Shown in pieces: positions 1-10,219 of a stretch of DNA of 64,000 nt (its first letter is position 1; every line of letters begins with the position of its first letter). The DNA lies in NCBI GenBank assembly GCA_963718665.1, contig OY970359.1, positions 2,176,001 to 2,240,000 of the forward strand. The letters run 5' to 3'. A program made the translations under genes and the position numbers. The notes under the pieces are model-generated. The model was not told where the DNA came from. It ran no database searches and saw nothing but the letters and a program-made list of their open reading frames with translations. Source of the DNA: an uncultured Phycisphaerales bacterium. Lineage in GTDB: Bacteria > Planctomycetota > Phycisphaerae > Sedimentisphaerales > Anaerobacaceae.

Positions 1-1088
1 GTGACTATCATATTATTTTCGAGAGACGCAGTTTCCTGCGGTTTTATCCCGCCATTAACTATCGCGGCCAGATAAGTCAATGAATCACTGTAAGGAGATT
101 CGATAGGTTTTGCGGCGATTTTCTGCTCGGGTTTTCCATCGATGCGCAAAATAGCGTTCCTGCCGTCGATAGTTTGAATTGAGCCAGCTGTACCGTAGAT
201 TTCAATGCTGTCCTTGCCATAGGGCCAGCTCCAGGAGGCCATTATGATGACCTGCGCTTTGGGATATGTGACTATGACGGTCGCGTCGTCATCCACTTTT
301 GTGTAAATATCCGGTTTTGTCTGCCGGGTAATAGCAGTTACGGATAACGGCTTTTGATTATTCAAGAACCATGTTGCGAGGTCGGTGCCATAGCAGCCGA
401 AATCAAAAAGAGCACCGCCGCCGTTTAAGTTCGGGTCGGTCAGCCAATTCAGAAATTCAGGCGAACAGCCGATTTCCTTCGGGCCTGAATGGCCTTTGTA
501 GAAGATAATTTTGCGAATCTCGCCGATTGCCTTCTGCTCGATTACTGTATCGCGGAGCAATGTATTCACGGGTTCCCAGGTTGACTGGTAATTGACGAGG
601 ACGTGTATATTGCCTTTTTTAGCGGCTTCAGAGATAGCGGCTGCGTGCTCGATACTGACAGCCAGCGGTTTTTCCATCATTGCGTCTATATGATGCGCGG
701 CGCAGGCCTGGACAACTTGTAAATGGTCGAAGGTGGAGGTATAGATAACCACGGCCTGTGGTTTGGTTTCGTCGAGCATTTTATCGAGGTCTGTGTAAAT
801 TATCGATTGTGGAAGATGGTATTTCGCGGCGTAACTAGCGGCAAGTTTGGCGTTTGGTTCGGCGATGCCGACAAGGGTGATGTCCTTGCGATGGGGAAGC
901 TCCCTCAGCAGGCCGGTAACGTGGTCGTGGGTGAGGCCGGCAATCGCGAGTCGAAATGGCGGTTTGACATTAGCGTCCGCTTGCTGGTTTGAGTCGGATG
1001 GCGAGGCGGCAATCGCATCTGTATTAACAAAACCAATTGTTGTTATTGTTGCGACAACGAGCAGGATTATTATGGTTCTTGCGGACAT
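1..1088 (-). CDS. Gfo/Idh/MocA family oxidoreductase with N-terminal signal peptide; runs off the window start
   Basis: Not in the ORF track because it is truncated. Manual translation gives MSARTIIILLVVATITTIG...RLAIAGLTHDHV...AMMEKPLA (Rossmann fold plus EKP motif). RBS AGGAG lies upstream of the ATG at 1088. Confidence 0.85.
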   Translation of the reverse strand, partial: MSARTIIILLVVATITTIGFVNTDAIAASPSDSNQQADANVKPPFRLAIAGLTHDHVTGLLRELPHRKDITLVGIAEPNAKLAASYAAKYHLPQSIIYTDLDKMLDETKPQAVVIYTSTFDHLQVVQACAAHHIDAMMEKPLAVSIEHAAAISEAAKKGNIHVLVNYQSTWEPVNTLLRDTVIEQKAIGEIRKIIFYKGHSGPKEIGCSPEFLNWLTDPNLNGGGALFDFGCYGTDLATWFLNNQKPLSVTAITRQTKPDIYTKVDDDATVIVTYPKAQVIIMASWSWPYGKDSIEIYGTAGSIQTIDGRNAILRIDGKPEQKIAAKPIESPYSDSLTYLAAIVNGGIKPQETASLENNMIV

Positions 1089-1297
1089 AATTTCGACTCC
1101 TAAATTTTGAAGGTTTCTAATACGGCGTTTTCCACTCAACACTTTTTGGCCTTTCAGACCCGATATGATACCACACCTTCTCCAAATCGCAACTATCTGA
1201 AGTGCCGAAAGATTGATTCCGGAACCTGTTGCTTTGTTACTTTTAGGTCTTTATGCGGTAATTACTGCCGGAAGGTGGTAAAACGCCTCCTTTTTCC

Positions 1298-1327
1298 TTG
1301 ACCGTCACCGGTATATAAGGGTATAAT
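1298..1327 (+). promoter_or_regulatory. sigma70-type promoter for the MacA/MacB-like genes
   Basis: TTGACC-N18-TATAAT. Confidence 0.6.
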
Positions 1328-1398
1328 AATCATCTATTGCAGGCCAAAGCCCTATGGGATATGGGCATAATCAGGTGTGATGTCAGGAAGCTCTACAA

Positions 1399-3234
1399 AT
1401 GAGCGGGAGCGGGCCAAACATTCTTCAGACGAAAATATATCATCTGACTGCCGGACGGCGAAAGTGGCTTATCACCGGTGGTTTGGCTATTGCGCTGGTT
1501 TTGCTGGCAATGATGCTTATGGCAAATAAAAACACCGTGCCGACTCCTGAAAAAGCAGCAAACACGTTCAAGGTGTGCAAAGATAACCTCATTATCACCG
1601 TTACTGAGAACGGCAGTATCAAAGCCCGCAACGCAATTCACATCAAGTCCGACGTCGAAGGCCAGGTAAGAATAACCAGCATCGTCCCCGAAGGGAATTA
1701 CATAACCCCGGAGGACGTCAACAACAAAGTGCTGGTGGAACTCGACTCCTCAACCCTGACCGAGAATCTTTCGCAAAGACAAATCGATTTTGCCGGGGCA
1801 GAGTCGAGTTTCGCAGAGGCAAATGAGGCCTATTTTATCCAGCTCAAGCAAAATGAAAGCGATATCACGGCTGCGGAGCTAAAGGTCAAATTCGCCCTGA
1901 TGGATTTCAAAAAATACCTTGGGGATGCTGTTGCCGAAAAACTAATCTTTGCCGTGGAGAATGACCCTAACGCAAAGCGTAACCTGGAATCGTTTCTCGA
2001 TGACCCGAACAAGCTTGGCCGGTCTCAGGCCTCGCAGAAACTTACGGACCTGCAGGACCAGATAGAGATGGCCGGTTCAAAGCTCGCAAAAGCACAGTAT
2101 AAACTTGAGGGTACAAAGCAGCTTTACGATGCGAATTACGTTGCGGAAATTGAACTGCAGGGAGACGAGCTGGACAAGAGAAGCTGCGAAATACAAAACA
2201 AACAGGCGAGCATTAACCTGGACCTGTTCAAGCTTTATGATTTTCCTAAAGATTCGGAGAAGTTCCTGAGCGACTATTATGAAGCCAGACGTGAGCTGGA
2301 CAGGACTCACGCTCGCTGCCGCTCAAAACTGGCGCAGACAATAGCTCAGTTGAAAAGCGCCGAGGCCAAATTCGAGCTGGGAAAAGAACGTCTTGAAAAG
2401 CTTAAAAAGCAGATTGACGCGTGCGTAATCAAAGCGCCCGGGCCGGGCCTTGTGGTTTACGCGTCGTCAGGCTCCGGTTACTGGTATCACGACAGACCCA
2501 TAGAGGTTGGGTACACGATTCAACAGAACGAAGAAATTATGTCTCTGCCCGACACCTCTGAAATGATAGTCGAGATTACCGTTCATGAGTCCTCCATAAC
2601 CAAGATTAAGCCGGGCCAAATCGCAAAGATAACTATCGACGCTTTTCCCGACAGGACATTCACGGGCAAAGTTCTGAAAATTGCCCCTTTGCCCGACCAG
2701 CAGCGAAGCTGGTTAAATCCTGACCTTAAGGTTTATGCGACCCAGGTCACAATTGATGGTTCGTATAATTTTCTTAAGCCGGGAATGTCAGCCAAGGTTG
2801 AAACCACCGTTGAAGAGCTGAATGACGTGACAATAATTCCGATTCAGGCGGTGGCAAACAGGGGGGGCAAAAAAGTGTGCTATTATGTAAGCGCAAAGGG
2901 CCCCCAGCCGCGAGAGGTTCAAACCGGTTCCTTTAACGAAAAATTTGTCCAGATTACGGATGGATTGCAGGTTGGAGAAGATGTTCTGATGAATCCTCCG
3001 CTAATTGCTGAGCCAGCCATTGCACAAACAGACACGTCAAAACAGCAAAAAATACCGCTTGCAAACGAAACAAGTCAGAAAAAAGCCGGAACGCAACAGG
3101 CCCCGCCTTTATCCGCAAGCGACGCAAACGACCCCAACGGGCAGCAGCGAAAACTTCCAGAGGAAAAGACAAGTAAAAACAAGGGCGATTTACAGAGTGC
3201 AGACCACAATGACGGGTCTGCAAGGAATTCCTGA
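1399..3234 (+). CDS. Efflux periplasmic adaptor subunit (HlyD/MacA-like membrane fusion protein)
   Basis: N-terminal TM anchor, long coiled coil, IKAPGPGLVV lipoyl motif, LKPGMSAKV beta-barrel motif and GLQVGE C-terminal domain. Confidence 0.85.
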   Translation: MSGSGPNILQTKIYHLTAGRRKWLITGGLAIALVLLAMMLMANKNTVPTPEKAANTFKVCKDNLIITVTENGSIKARNAIHIKSDVEGQVRITSIVPEGNYITPEDVNNKVLVELDSSTLTENLSQRQIDFAGAESSFAEANEAYFIQLKQNESDITAAELKVKFALMDFKKYLGDAVAEKLIFAVENDPNAKRNLESFLDDPNKLGRSQASQKLTDLQDQIEMAGSKLAKAQYKLEGTKQLYDANYVAEIELQGDELDKRSCEIQNKQASINLDLFKLYDFPKDSEKFLSDYYEARRELDRTHARCRSKLAQTIAQLKSAEAKFELGKERLEKLKKQIDACVIKAPGPGLVVYASSGSGYWYHDRPIEVGYTIQQNEEIMSLPDTSEMIVEITVHESSITKIKPGQIAKITIDAFPDRTFTGKVLKIAPLPDQQRSWLNPDLKVYATQVTIDGSYNFLKPGMSAKVETTVEELNDVTIIPIQAVANRGGKKVCYYVSAKGPQPREVQTGSFNEKFVQITDGLQVGEDVLMNPPLIAEPAIAQTDTSKQQKIPLANETSQKKAGTQQAPPLSASDANDPNGQQRKLPEEKTSKNKGDLQSADHNDGSARNS

Positions 3235-3247
3235 CTCTATTAACGTT

Positions 3248-4548
3248 ATGGTTTTGTATCGCATCAGGCGCGTTCTTAAACTGGGCATCAAGAGCTTATG
3301 GCTCCATCGTCTTCGCGCCATACTCACTGTCCTGGGCATAATCTTTGGTGTCGCATCCGTTATCGCAATGCTGGCCATCGGCGAAGGCGCCAGCAGGGCT
3401 GCTCAGGAGCAAATCGCCCGCCTCGGCTCGCTTAACATAATCATAAAAACTGCTCAGCCGCCCGAAGAACAGAAAGCCACGGGTCAGCAGCAGATTCTTC
3501 ACGAATACGGCCTGACGTACGCTGATGCCGAGCGTTTTCACAACAGCATACCGGATGTCCGGGTCATAGTGCCGGTTCGCCGTCTTTCTCAACAGGCCTG
3601 GTATCGTAATCGCAAGATACCAATCGAGATAATCGGAACTGTCCCGTGGCATCTCGAAACTTCACCTATACGTTTGATTAGAGGGCGGTTCCTCACGTCT
3701 TTTGATTTGGATTACAAGCAGGATATTTGCGTCATCGACGAATCGGCTGCCAAAGAATTGTTCATGTTTGACGACCCGATGGACCAGGACGTTAAAATAG
3801 GAAGAGATTATTACAGGATTGTCGGTATTGTCACCGCACAAGGGAGCGATTCGACAGCAAGCGTCCCTGAGGAAAAGGCCCCCTCGACAAACGGTCAGGG
3901 TGGAGCAAATGCCGGAAACATATATATTCCATTGTCGGCGGTTAAAGAGCGTTTCGGCGAAACGTCATTGCAGCTAAGCAGTGGTTCTCGCAAAATAGAA
4001 AAAGTGGAATTACAGGAAGTCATCATAAAAGTCAGCGAGATAGGCAAGGTTCAATCGTCACGCGATATCCTTATCAATCTCCTGGGCCAGTTTCATAAAA
4101 AAAACGATTATCAGGTAGTAGTGCCGCTTGAGCTTCTGCGCGAAGCCGAACGCACCAAACGCATCTTCAGTGTCGTTCTTGGTTCAATCGCAGCTATTTC
4201 TCTATTGGTTGGCGGTATTGGCATTATGAATATTATGCTCGCTACAGTCAGCGAACGAACCCGCGAAATAGGTATCCGCAGGGCTCTCGGCGCAAAAGAA
4301 AAGATATTATCTTTCAGTTCCTTTCCGAAACTCTTTTCCTTACGTTTGCAGGCGGCATACTTGGCATCTTCCTTGGTTGTATTATACCATTTTTTGTAAC
4401 TCGATTCGGAAATATGCCGACTGTAATCACCTGGATATCTCTGCTGCTTTCATTCGGCATATCTGGTATTGTTGGAATCGCCTTCGGCATGTATCCTGCC
4501 TATCGTGCCGCGAATATGGACCCAATTGAATCCCTCCGCCACGAGTAA
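3248..4548 (+). CDS. MacB/FtsX-like ABC permease with an apparent 1-nt frameshift near 4293-4297
   Basis: LTVLGIIFGVASVIAM and GGIGIMNIMLATVSERTREIGIRRALGA motifs. The canonical tail (RKDIIFQFLSE...YPAYRAANMDPIESLRHE*) continues in another frame to TAA at 4548. The start may be 3209 or 3248. Confidence 0.85.
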
Positions 4549-4577
4549 ACCCTGAAACGCCCATTCCTTTTCTAAGT

Positions 4578-4606
4578 TTGACAAATGTAGAGGCGGGGGG
4601 TATAAT
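4578..4606 (+). promoter_or_regulatory. consensus sigma70 promoter
   Basis: TTGACA-N17-TATAAT. Confidence 0.8.
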
Positions 4607-4644
4607 AACCACCTGTTTTTAGGGGCAATCCCGATAAAAGCGGG

Positions 4645-5631
4645 ATGCGGAAATTTATGCAGCTACTTTCCGGTCGTGCGAGAACATTTGAAACTGTCGT
4701 TGGCGTGCTGATTTTGCTTATTATGGTTGCCACAGCGGTCGGCATCTATTTTCTTCAGCGCGATTTTAATATGGCGAGGTTCGGTATTGCGTCGTGGCAG
4801 GAGAGCGGTGGCGATTTTCCGCCTGTCGGCAAAGCCGAGACATATAACAACGATAATCTTTACGAGAAAATCGACGGCAAGGCCCCTATGTATCAGGAAG
4901 CCGGTTTTGTCAAGCTGACCGCCCAGCGGTTCGCGGCCAAAAATGATTCCGAACTGGGATTCGAGCTTTACATTTACGATATGAACAACGCAAAGAACGC
5001 CTTTTCTGTTTACAGCAGGCAAAAAAGGGCGGATGTTACTGACCTGAACGATTTGGGGGCGTCGGCGTTTGGTTATGTGGCGGGTAACGAGATTTGCCTG
5101 TCGCTTGGTAAAAATTATATCGAGATGATTGGCTCAGCCGAATCGAACGAGCTTGTTGACGGGATGAAAGGTATAGCTAAAGACCTGTCCGCCAAATTTA
5201 AGCCGACCGACAACGACAAGATAGCCGAGCTGGGATATTTTCCGACCGAAGGCACGGTGGCAGGAAGCTGGAAATTGCAGATTGATAATGCTTTTGGCTT
5301 TGATGGTCTTACCAATGCTTACTCCGCACAATACAAATCGGGCGATAAAGCGATTACGATGTTTTTCAGCAGACGCAAAAACGCTGATGAGGCGAAGGAA
5401 GTCGCGAAGAATTATTATGATTTTCTCATAACCAACGGTGCCAAAGCAATCACGGTTGACAGCGAAATTCTCAAATCCACCGGCGCATCAGTCGTGGATT
5501 TTTACGGGAGTTTCGAGATTGTCTTCCCAGCGGGCATATTTGTCGGGGGTGTTCACGAGGCGAATGACAAACAGGCGGCGGAAAAGGCGGCGGAAGTTTT
5601 AATCGGCCGATTGAAGGAAATCAATGACTGA
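4645..5631 (+). CDS. Membrane-anchored DUF6599-like protein
   Basis: N-terminal TM and NLYEKIDGKAP...IYDM...NAFSVYS motif, in the usual context upstream of DUF362 and Fe-S genes. Confidence 0.6.
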   Translation: MRKFMQLLSGRARTFETVVGVLILLIMVATAVGIYFLQRDFNMARFGIASWQESGGDFPPVGKAETYNNDNLYEKIDGKAPMYQEAGFVKLTAQRFAAKNDSELGFELYIYDMNNAKNAFSVYSRQKRADVTDLNDLGASAFGYVAGNEICLSLGKNYIEMIGSAESNELVDGMKGIAKDLSAKFKPTDNDKIAELGYFPTEGTVAGSWKLQIDNAFGFDGLTNAYSAQYKSGDKAITMFFSRRKNADEAKEVAKNYYDFLITNGAKAITVDSEILKSTGASVVDFYGSFEIVFPAGIFVGGVHEANDKQAAEKAAEVLIGRLKEIND

Positions 5632-6634
5632 ACCAAACCAGATAAATTCCGCTCGAAGGCAACTGCTTATCCGCGGGGCGAAAGCGGCGGCTTCGATTGC
5701 CGCTGCCGTTGGCGTCGCACGCTGGCTTTATGACCCTAAAGGGCCGGGGGCGAAAAACGAGGAAGTCGGATTTTTGGGGACTACCGTGAAGGGACTGCCT
5801 GATTTTTCGGTCCCGCGTAAAGACGGGCAGGTGATAAGTATCGTCAAAGGCGAGAACAGGGCAAGAACTGTAAACAAAGCGATTGAGCTTCTCGGCGGTA
5901 TCGAAAGGTTTATAAAGCCGGGCGACGTCGTCATAATAAAACCAAACGTCGGTTTCGCGACGCCGCCGATTCTCGGCGCGACTACGCATCCGGATGTCAT
6001 TGCCGCTGTTGTGAAATTATGCTATGAGAAAAAAGCGAGCAGGGTACTCGTCGCCGACAACCCGATAAATGACCCGGCGAGTTGTTTTACGATAAGCGGC
6101 ATCAGCAAAGCCGCATCAGCGGCAGGCGCACAGGTCGTGATGCCAAAGAATTCGTATTTCAGCCCGCTCACTTTGACGGGTGGGGTGCTGATTAAGGACT
6201 GGCCTGTGTATTGTGCTCCGTTTGCCAAAGCCAACAAGCTCATCGGCATAGCTCCTCTGAAAAACCATCACAGAAGCGCGGCTTCGATGACTATGAAAAA
6301 CTGGTATGGCCTTCTCGGCGGAAGGCGAAACGTGTTCCATCAGGATATCAATAACATAATCGCCGAGCTTGCCATGTTGGTAAAACCGACACTGGTCATA
6401 CTCGACGGCACGGTTACGATGATGACCAACGGGCCTACGGGCGGGTCGGTGTCGGACCTGAAAAAAACAAATACGATGATTGCAAGCTGCGATATGGTCG
6501 CGGCGGACGCCTTCGGATGTTCGCTGCTGAATCTCAAGCCGGCGGATTTGCCCTATCTGGCAATCGCCGAGAAAGCAGGCGTCGGGACAGTCGATTACGA
6601 ATCGTTAAAACCATTGAGGGCCGAAGTAACCTGA
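5624..6634 (+). CDS. DUF362 domain protein with twin-arginine-like N-terminus
   Basis: VIIKPNV, ATTHPDV, LKNH and MKNWYG motifs; ARRQLL signal. Confidence 0.85.
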   Translation: MTEPNQINSARRQLLIRGAKAAASIAAAVGVARWLYDPKGPGAKNEEVGFLGTTVKGLPDFSVPRKDGQVISIVKGENRARTVNKAIELLGGIERFIKPGDVVIIKPNVGFATPPILGATTHPDVIAAVVKLCYEKKASRVLVADNPINDPASCFTISGISKAASAAGAQVVMPKNSYFSPLTLTGGVLIKDWPVYCAPFAKANKLIGIAPLKNHHRSAASMTMKNWYGLLGGRRNVFHQDINNIIAELAMLVKPTLVILDGTVTMMTNGPTGGSVSDLKKTNTMIASCDMVAADAFGCSLLNLKPADLPYLAIAEKAGVGTVDYESLKPLRAEVT

Positions 6635-6641
6635 AAATAAT

Positions 6642-8363
6642 ATGAAAATCACGACGGTTCGAAGAATAAACCAGTTGTTCTTTTTTGCCCTGTTTGTGTG
6701 GTTTTGCATCGTTACCACGGTAGGGGACAAGTTCTGGCAAATCAGGAACTGGCCTATTAACTGGATTTTGCAATTAGACCCGCTTGTCGCGCTGGGCACT
6801 ATACTCTCAACCGGCAAATTTTACTGGCATTTGCACTGTGCGCTGGGGATGGTAATCATAACAATAATCTTCGGGCGGTTTTTCTGCGGCTGGATTTGCC
6901 CGTTTGGTGCGATACATCAATTCGTTGGCTATCTGGGTAATCGAAGCAAAAAAGTCGCCGAGAAAATCCGGCTGAACATATATCGCAAAGCCCAGTGTAT
7001 AAAATACTTCGTCCTGATTTTCTTCCTCGGGATGGCAGCGTTTCCACCGCTGGCAAGCACTCTGCAAACGGGATTGCTCGACCCCATTCCTTTGGTAACC
7101 CGCTCGTTTCAGCTTGTGCTGCTTCCCATTTTTGATAGGGGCACGTATTTAACCTCGGTCAATGCGCGTTACTATGAGTTTGGCTGGCTGATATTCGCCG
7201 TATTTGCAACAGCGGTCCTGCTGAATCTTGTTATACCAAGATTTTACTGCCGGTTCATTTGTCCTACCGGCGCGTTTTTGGCAATCTTGAGCAGGTTCTC
7301 GATTTGGCGCATCGGCAAGACCAAAAGCGAATGTATCAACTGCAAGATGTGCGAAAAGGCCTGCGAGGGCGGCTGCGAGCCGAGCGGCAATATCAAAATC
7401 GCAGAGTGTGTGCTTTGCTTTAACTGCCGGGATGACTGCAAGCACGACCTCATCGCTTATCAGACCGTTCCCTCGCTTGCTGGTGAAACGCAGGTCGATG
7501 TTTCCAGAAGGGGAGTTGTGTTATCGTTAGTTAGCGGCGTATTAGCTGCGCCAGCGATTCGACTAAGCGGCAAAGTCGCTTCGAATTGGTACACCGGTGT
7601 TGTTCGCCCGCCCGGCGCTCTGGCGGAGCCGGAGTTTTTGAAACGATGCCTCAAGTGCGGCCAGTGTATGCGGGTTTGCCCGACGAATGTTATTCAGCCG
7701 GCCGGTCTGGAAGGGGGTCTCGAAGGATTATGGTCGCCAATACTGAATAACCACATTGGCTCAAGCGGCTGCCAGTTGAATTGTGTCGCCTGCGGACAGG
7801 TCTGCCCGACTTCTGCAATCAGGCCCATTACTCTCGATGAAAAAAGAGGCCTTGGCGATTTTGCCTCCGCCGGCCCAATCAAACTTGGAACGGCATTCGT
7901 TGACCGGGGCAGGTGTCTTCCCTGGGCAATGGATAAACCCTGTATTGTCTGCCAGGAGAATTGTCCCGTCAGCCCCAAGGCGATTTTCACAAAGGATGTT
8001 TTTACGACTGTCAGAGACGGCGTAGTTTTGATTAAGCAGGTAACAGAAAATGCAATCGAAATTGACGGCGGCATCCCCGCTGATAAATTCGGCACGGGCG
8101 ATTATTATGTTCTTTTTGAGGACGGCAGCCGGCGTAAAATCTCCTCAAATACCGCTACTTCAGTAGGAATTTCCGAAGGCAAATTGCCTGCCTCGGCCGG
8201 TAAAGTCAAAATCCAGGTGCGATTACAGAAGCCCTGTGTGGATATCGAAAAGTGCATCGGCTGCGGCGTATGTGAGCATGAATGCCCCGTCAGCGGCAAA
8301 AGGGCGATAAGAATTACTGCTGAAGGTGAAAGCAGAAGCACTGACCGAAGATTGCTGTTATAA
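6642..8363 (+). CDS. Membrane polyferredoxin (NapH/MauN plus NapG/MauM-like fusion)
   Basis: GRFFCGWICPFG, RFYCRFICPTG, RPPGALAE and several CxxCxxCxxxCP motifs. Confidence 0.85.
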   Translation: MKITTVRRINQLFFFALFVWFCIVTTVGDKFWQIRNWPINWILQLDPLVALGTILSTGKFYWHLHCALGMVIITIIFGRFFCGWICPFGAIHQFVGYLGNRSKKVAEKIRLNIYRKAQCIKYFVLIFFLGMAAFPPLASTLQTGLLDPIPLVTRSFQLVLLPIFDRGTYLTSVNARYYEFGWLIFAVFATAVLLNLVIPRFYCRFICPTGAFLAILSRFSIWRIGKTKSECINCKMCEKACEGGCEPSGNIKIAECVLCFNCRDDCKHDLIAYQTVPSLAGETQVDVSRRGVVLSLVSGVLAAPAIRLSGKVASNWYTGVVRPPGALAEPEFLKRCLKCGQCMRVCPTNVIQPAGLEGGLEGLWSPILNNHIGSSGCQLNCVACGQVCPTSAIRPITLDEKRGLGDFASAGPIKLGTAFVDRGRCLPWAMDKPCIVCQENCPVSPKAIFTKDVFTTVRDGVVLIKQVTENAIEIDGGIPADKFGTGDYYVLFEDGSRRKISSNTATSVGISEGKLPASAGKVKIQVRLQKPCVDIEKCIGCGVCEHECPVSGKRAIRITAEGESRSTDRRLLL

Positions 8364-8465
8364 TAGCAGAACAAGGTGAACAGAATAGTGTTACCGAAAG
8401 TAGATAATAGTTGAACCTGTATTTATAACCTGAGCTAAAGAACAGTTTATTATGGAGAGTTACCG

Positions 8466-9686
8466 ATGAGCAGTGAATTTAACAGAAGGAATTTCTTGAA
8501 AACAATCGGAGTGGCGGGTTTAGGTTCTGTTTTGGTATCTAAGGTAAAGGCCGATTCGAATGAACCAAATGCCGCGGGCGAAAAACAGCAGGGCGAAACC
8601 CCACAGGTCCCCACTCGCAAGTTCGGTAAGTCGGGACCTGATGTGTCGGCGTTGTCTCTCGGAGCAATACAACTCATCGATAACCAGGTTATTCTCACAA
8701 GTTCACTGAAATGGGGCGTTACTTACTGGGATACCGCTTATGGCTATACCAACGGCAACAGCGAGCTGTGTATTGGCAAGTTACTGGCTACCAGACCTGA
8801 AATGCGAAAGAAACTGTTTATCGCTACCAAGGCCTCTCACGCCCAAGGTGCGGAGCAGGTTGAAGGCCGACTACAGGAATCGCTCAAAAGAATGAATACC
8901 GATTACGTCGATGTCTTATACGGCGTTCATGGTTTGAATGATATTTCGCAGCTTACCGAAGACCTCAAGCCCTGGGTGGAAAACGCAAAGAAAAAGGGTC
9001 TGATAAAATACTTCGGCTTCAGCACGCACACCAATATGGCGAGAAATTTGTTCGAGGCGTCAAAACTCGGCTGGGTTGATGCCATTTTGACGACGTATAA
9101 CTTCCGTCTTACTAAAGACCCAATGATGCAAAAGGCAATCGATGCCTGTCACAAAGCGGGAATAGCGCTTACTGCAATGAAGACCCAGAAGGGCGTAAAC
9201 GTCGAGACCGACGAGGACAAGAAATTGATTGAGCATTTCTCATCGAAGGGTTTCACCGAGGGCCAGGCGAAAATAAAGGCTGTTATGGAAGATGAGAGAA
9301 TTGCCGCTGTTACAGTCGGTATGAACAGCGTTGCCCTCATCAATGAAAACGTCGCGGCGATGCTCGACAAGACAAAACTGGCGCAGGACGACAAAGATGC
9401 TCTTGCCGAATACGCAAGCGCAACCTGCAGCGGTTATTGTGCCGGCTGTGCCAATATCTGCGACGCTGCCATTGCCGGCGTGTCAAATATCAATGACGTC
9501 ATGCGGTCGCTTATGTATCACAACAGTTATGGTGACACACAACTGGCGAAACAAACGTTCGCCGCTATACCAGCCGATGTGAGGTCGAGGTTGGTTACGG
9601 CCGATTATCGGCTCGCGGAACAGCGTTGCCCGCAGCGTATGCCGATTGCCCGGCTTGTCCGGCAGGCAGTCGAAAAACTTGCCTGA
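8466..9686 (+). CDS. Aldo/keto reductase with Tat-like signal and C-terminal Fe-S motif
   Basis: NRRNFL, WDTAYGY, FIATK, YCAGCANIC...RCP. Confidence 0.85.
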   Translation: MSSEFNRRNFLKTIGVAGLGSVLVSKVKADSNEPNAAGEKQQGETPQVPTRKFGKSGPDVSALSLGAIQLIDNQVILTSSLKWGVTYWDTAYGYTNGNSELCIGKLLATRPEMRKKLFIATKASHAQGAEQVEGRLQESLKRMNTDYVDVLYGVHGLNDISQLTEDLKPWVENAKKKGLIKYFGFSTHTNMARNLFEASKLGWVDAILTTYNFRLTKDPMMQKAIDACHKAGIALTAMKTQKGVNVETDEDKKLIEHFSSKGFTEGQAKIKAVMEDERIAAVTVGMNSVALINENVAAMLDKTKLAQDDKDALAEYASATCSGYCAGCANICDAAIAGVSNINDVMRSLMYHNSYGDTQLAKQTFAAIPADVRSRLVTADYRLAEQRCPQRMPIARLVRQAVEKLA

Positions 9687-9712
9687 TTAGCTACTTACGC
9701 GAGGAAAATTGA

Positions 9713-9837
9713 ATGAGTGAAGTCAGCAGACGCGCGACAAAATACTCACGGTTGATTACGCCGCGGCTGAGTCGCGGTACCCGCAGCGATTACCTGTCGC
9801 TATGCTTATGAATCAGGCGGTCCGCACGCTTGCCTGA
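9713..9837 (+). pseudogene. Remnant of a tandem aldo/keto reductase paralog with its interior deleted
   Basis: RBS and MSEVSRR are joined out of frame to RDKILTVDYAAAESRYPQRLPVAMLMNQAVRTLA*, which matches the C-terminus of the upstream gene. Confidence 0.75.
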
Positions 9838-9957
9838 TTAGTAAAAACGCTGATTTTGGGCTGTTTAGTACCCACGGGTATCTGAAAAAATCTTGCCACT
9901 CGTCAAGCCGTAACCCCCTTTTAATACAGCACTTACGACTGGTCATCCATTTTTTAT

Positions 9958-9986
9958 TTGGTTCTGATTGTCCCTTGGGTTACAAT
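9958..9986 (+). promoter_or_regulatory. putative sigma70 promoter for the small ORF
   Basis: TTGGTT-N17-TACAAT. Confidence 0.5.
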
Positions 9987-10040
9987 ACAACAGTAGAGAG
10001 GTAGTGGTGTTAAAGTTTTGGCTTCGGCGAAGTTGGTGTG

Positions 10041-10136
10041 ATGAGAAGGTTTTATTACAACGTATGGTATCCTTTCACGGTTAATAAGAGAAGGATACTT
10101 ATTCTTACAATCGCGACGTATATTGCTTTGTGTTAA
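10041..10136 (+). CDS. Putative 31-aa basic/hydrophobic microprotein
   Basis: MRRFYYNVWYPFTVNKRRILILTIATYIALC*, located between a promoter and a terminator. Confidence 0.5.
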   Translation: MRRFYYNVWYPFTVNKRRILILTIATYIALC

Positions 10137-10166
10137 AAAAGTTAAAACCTTTTCGGCTTTTCTCCG

Positions 10167-10191
10167 ACCGCTCTTGTTGGGCGGTTTTTTT
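10167..10191 (+). terminator. intrinsic terminator
   Basis: ACCGCTC-ttgtt-GGGCGGT followed by a T-tract. Confidence 0.65.
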
Positions 10192-10219
10192 ATGTGCTCA
10201 TTTCTCCATTTCTCAAAGA

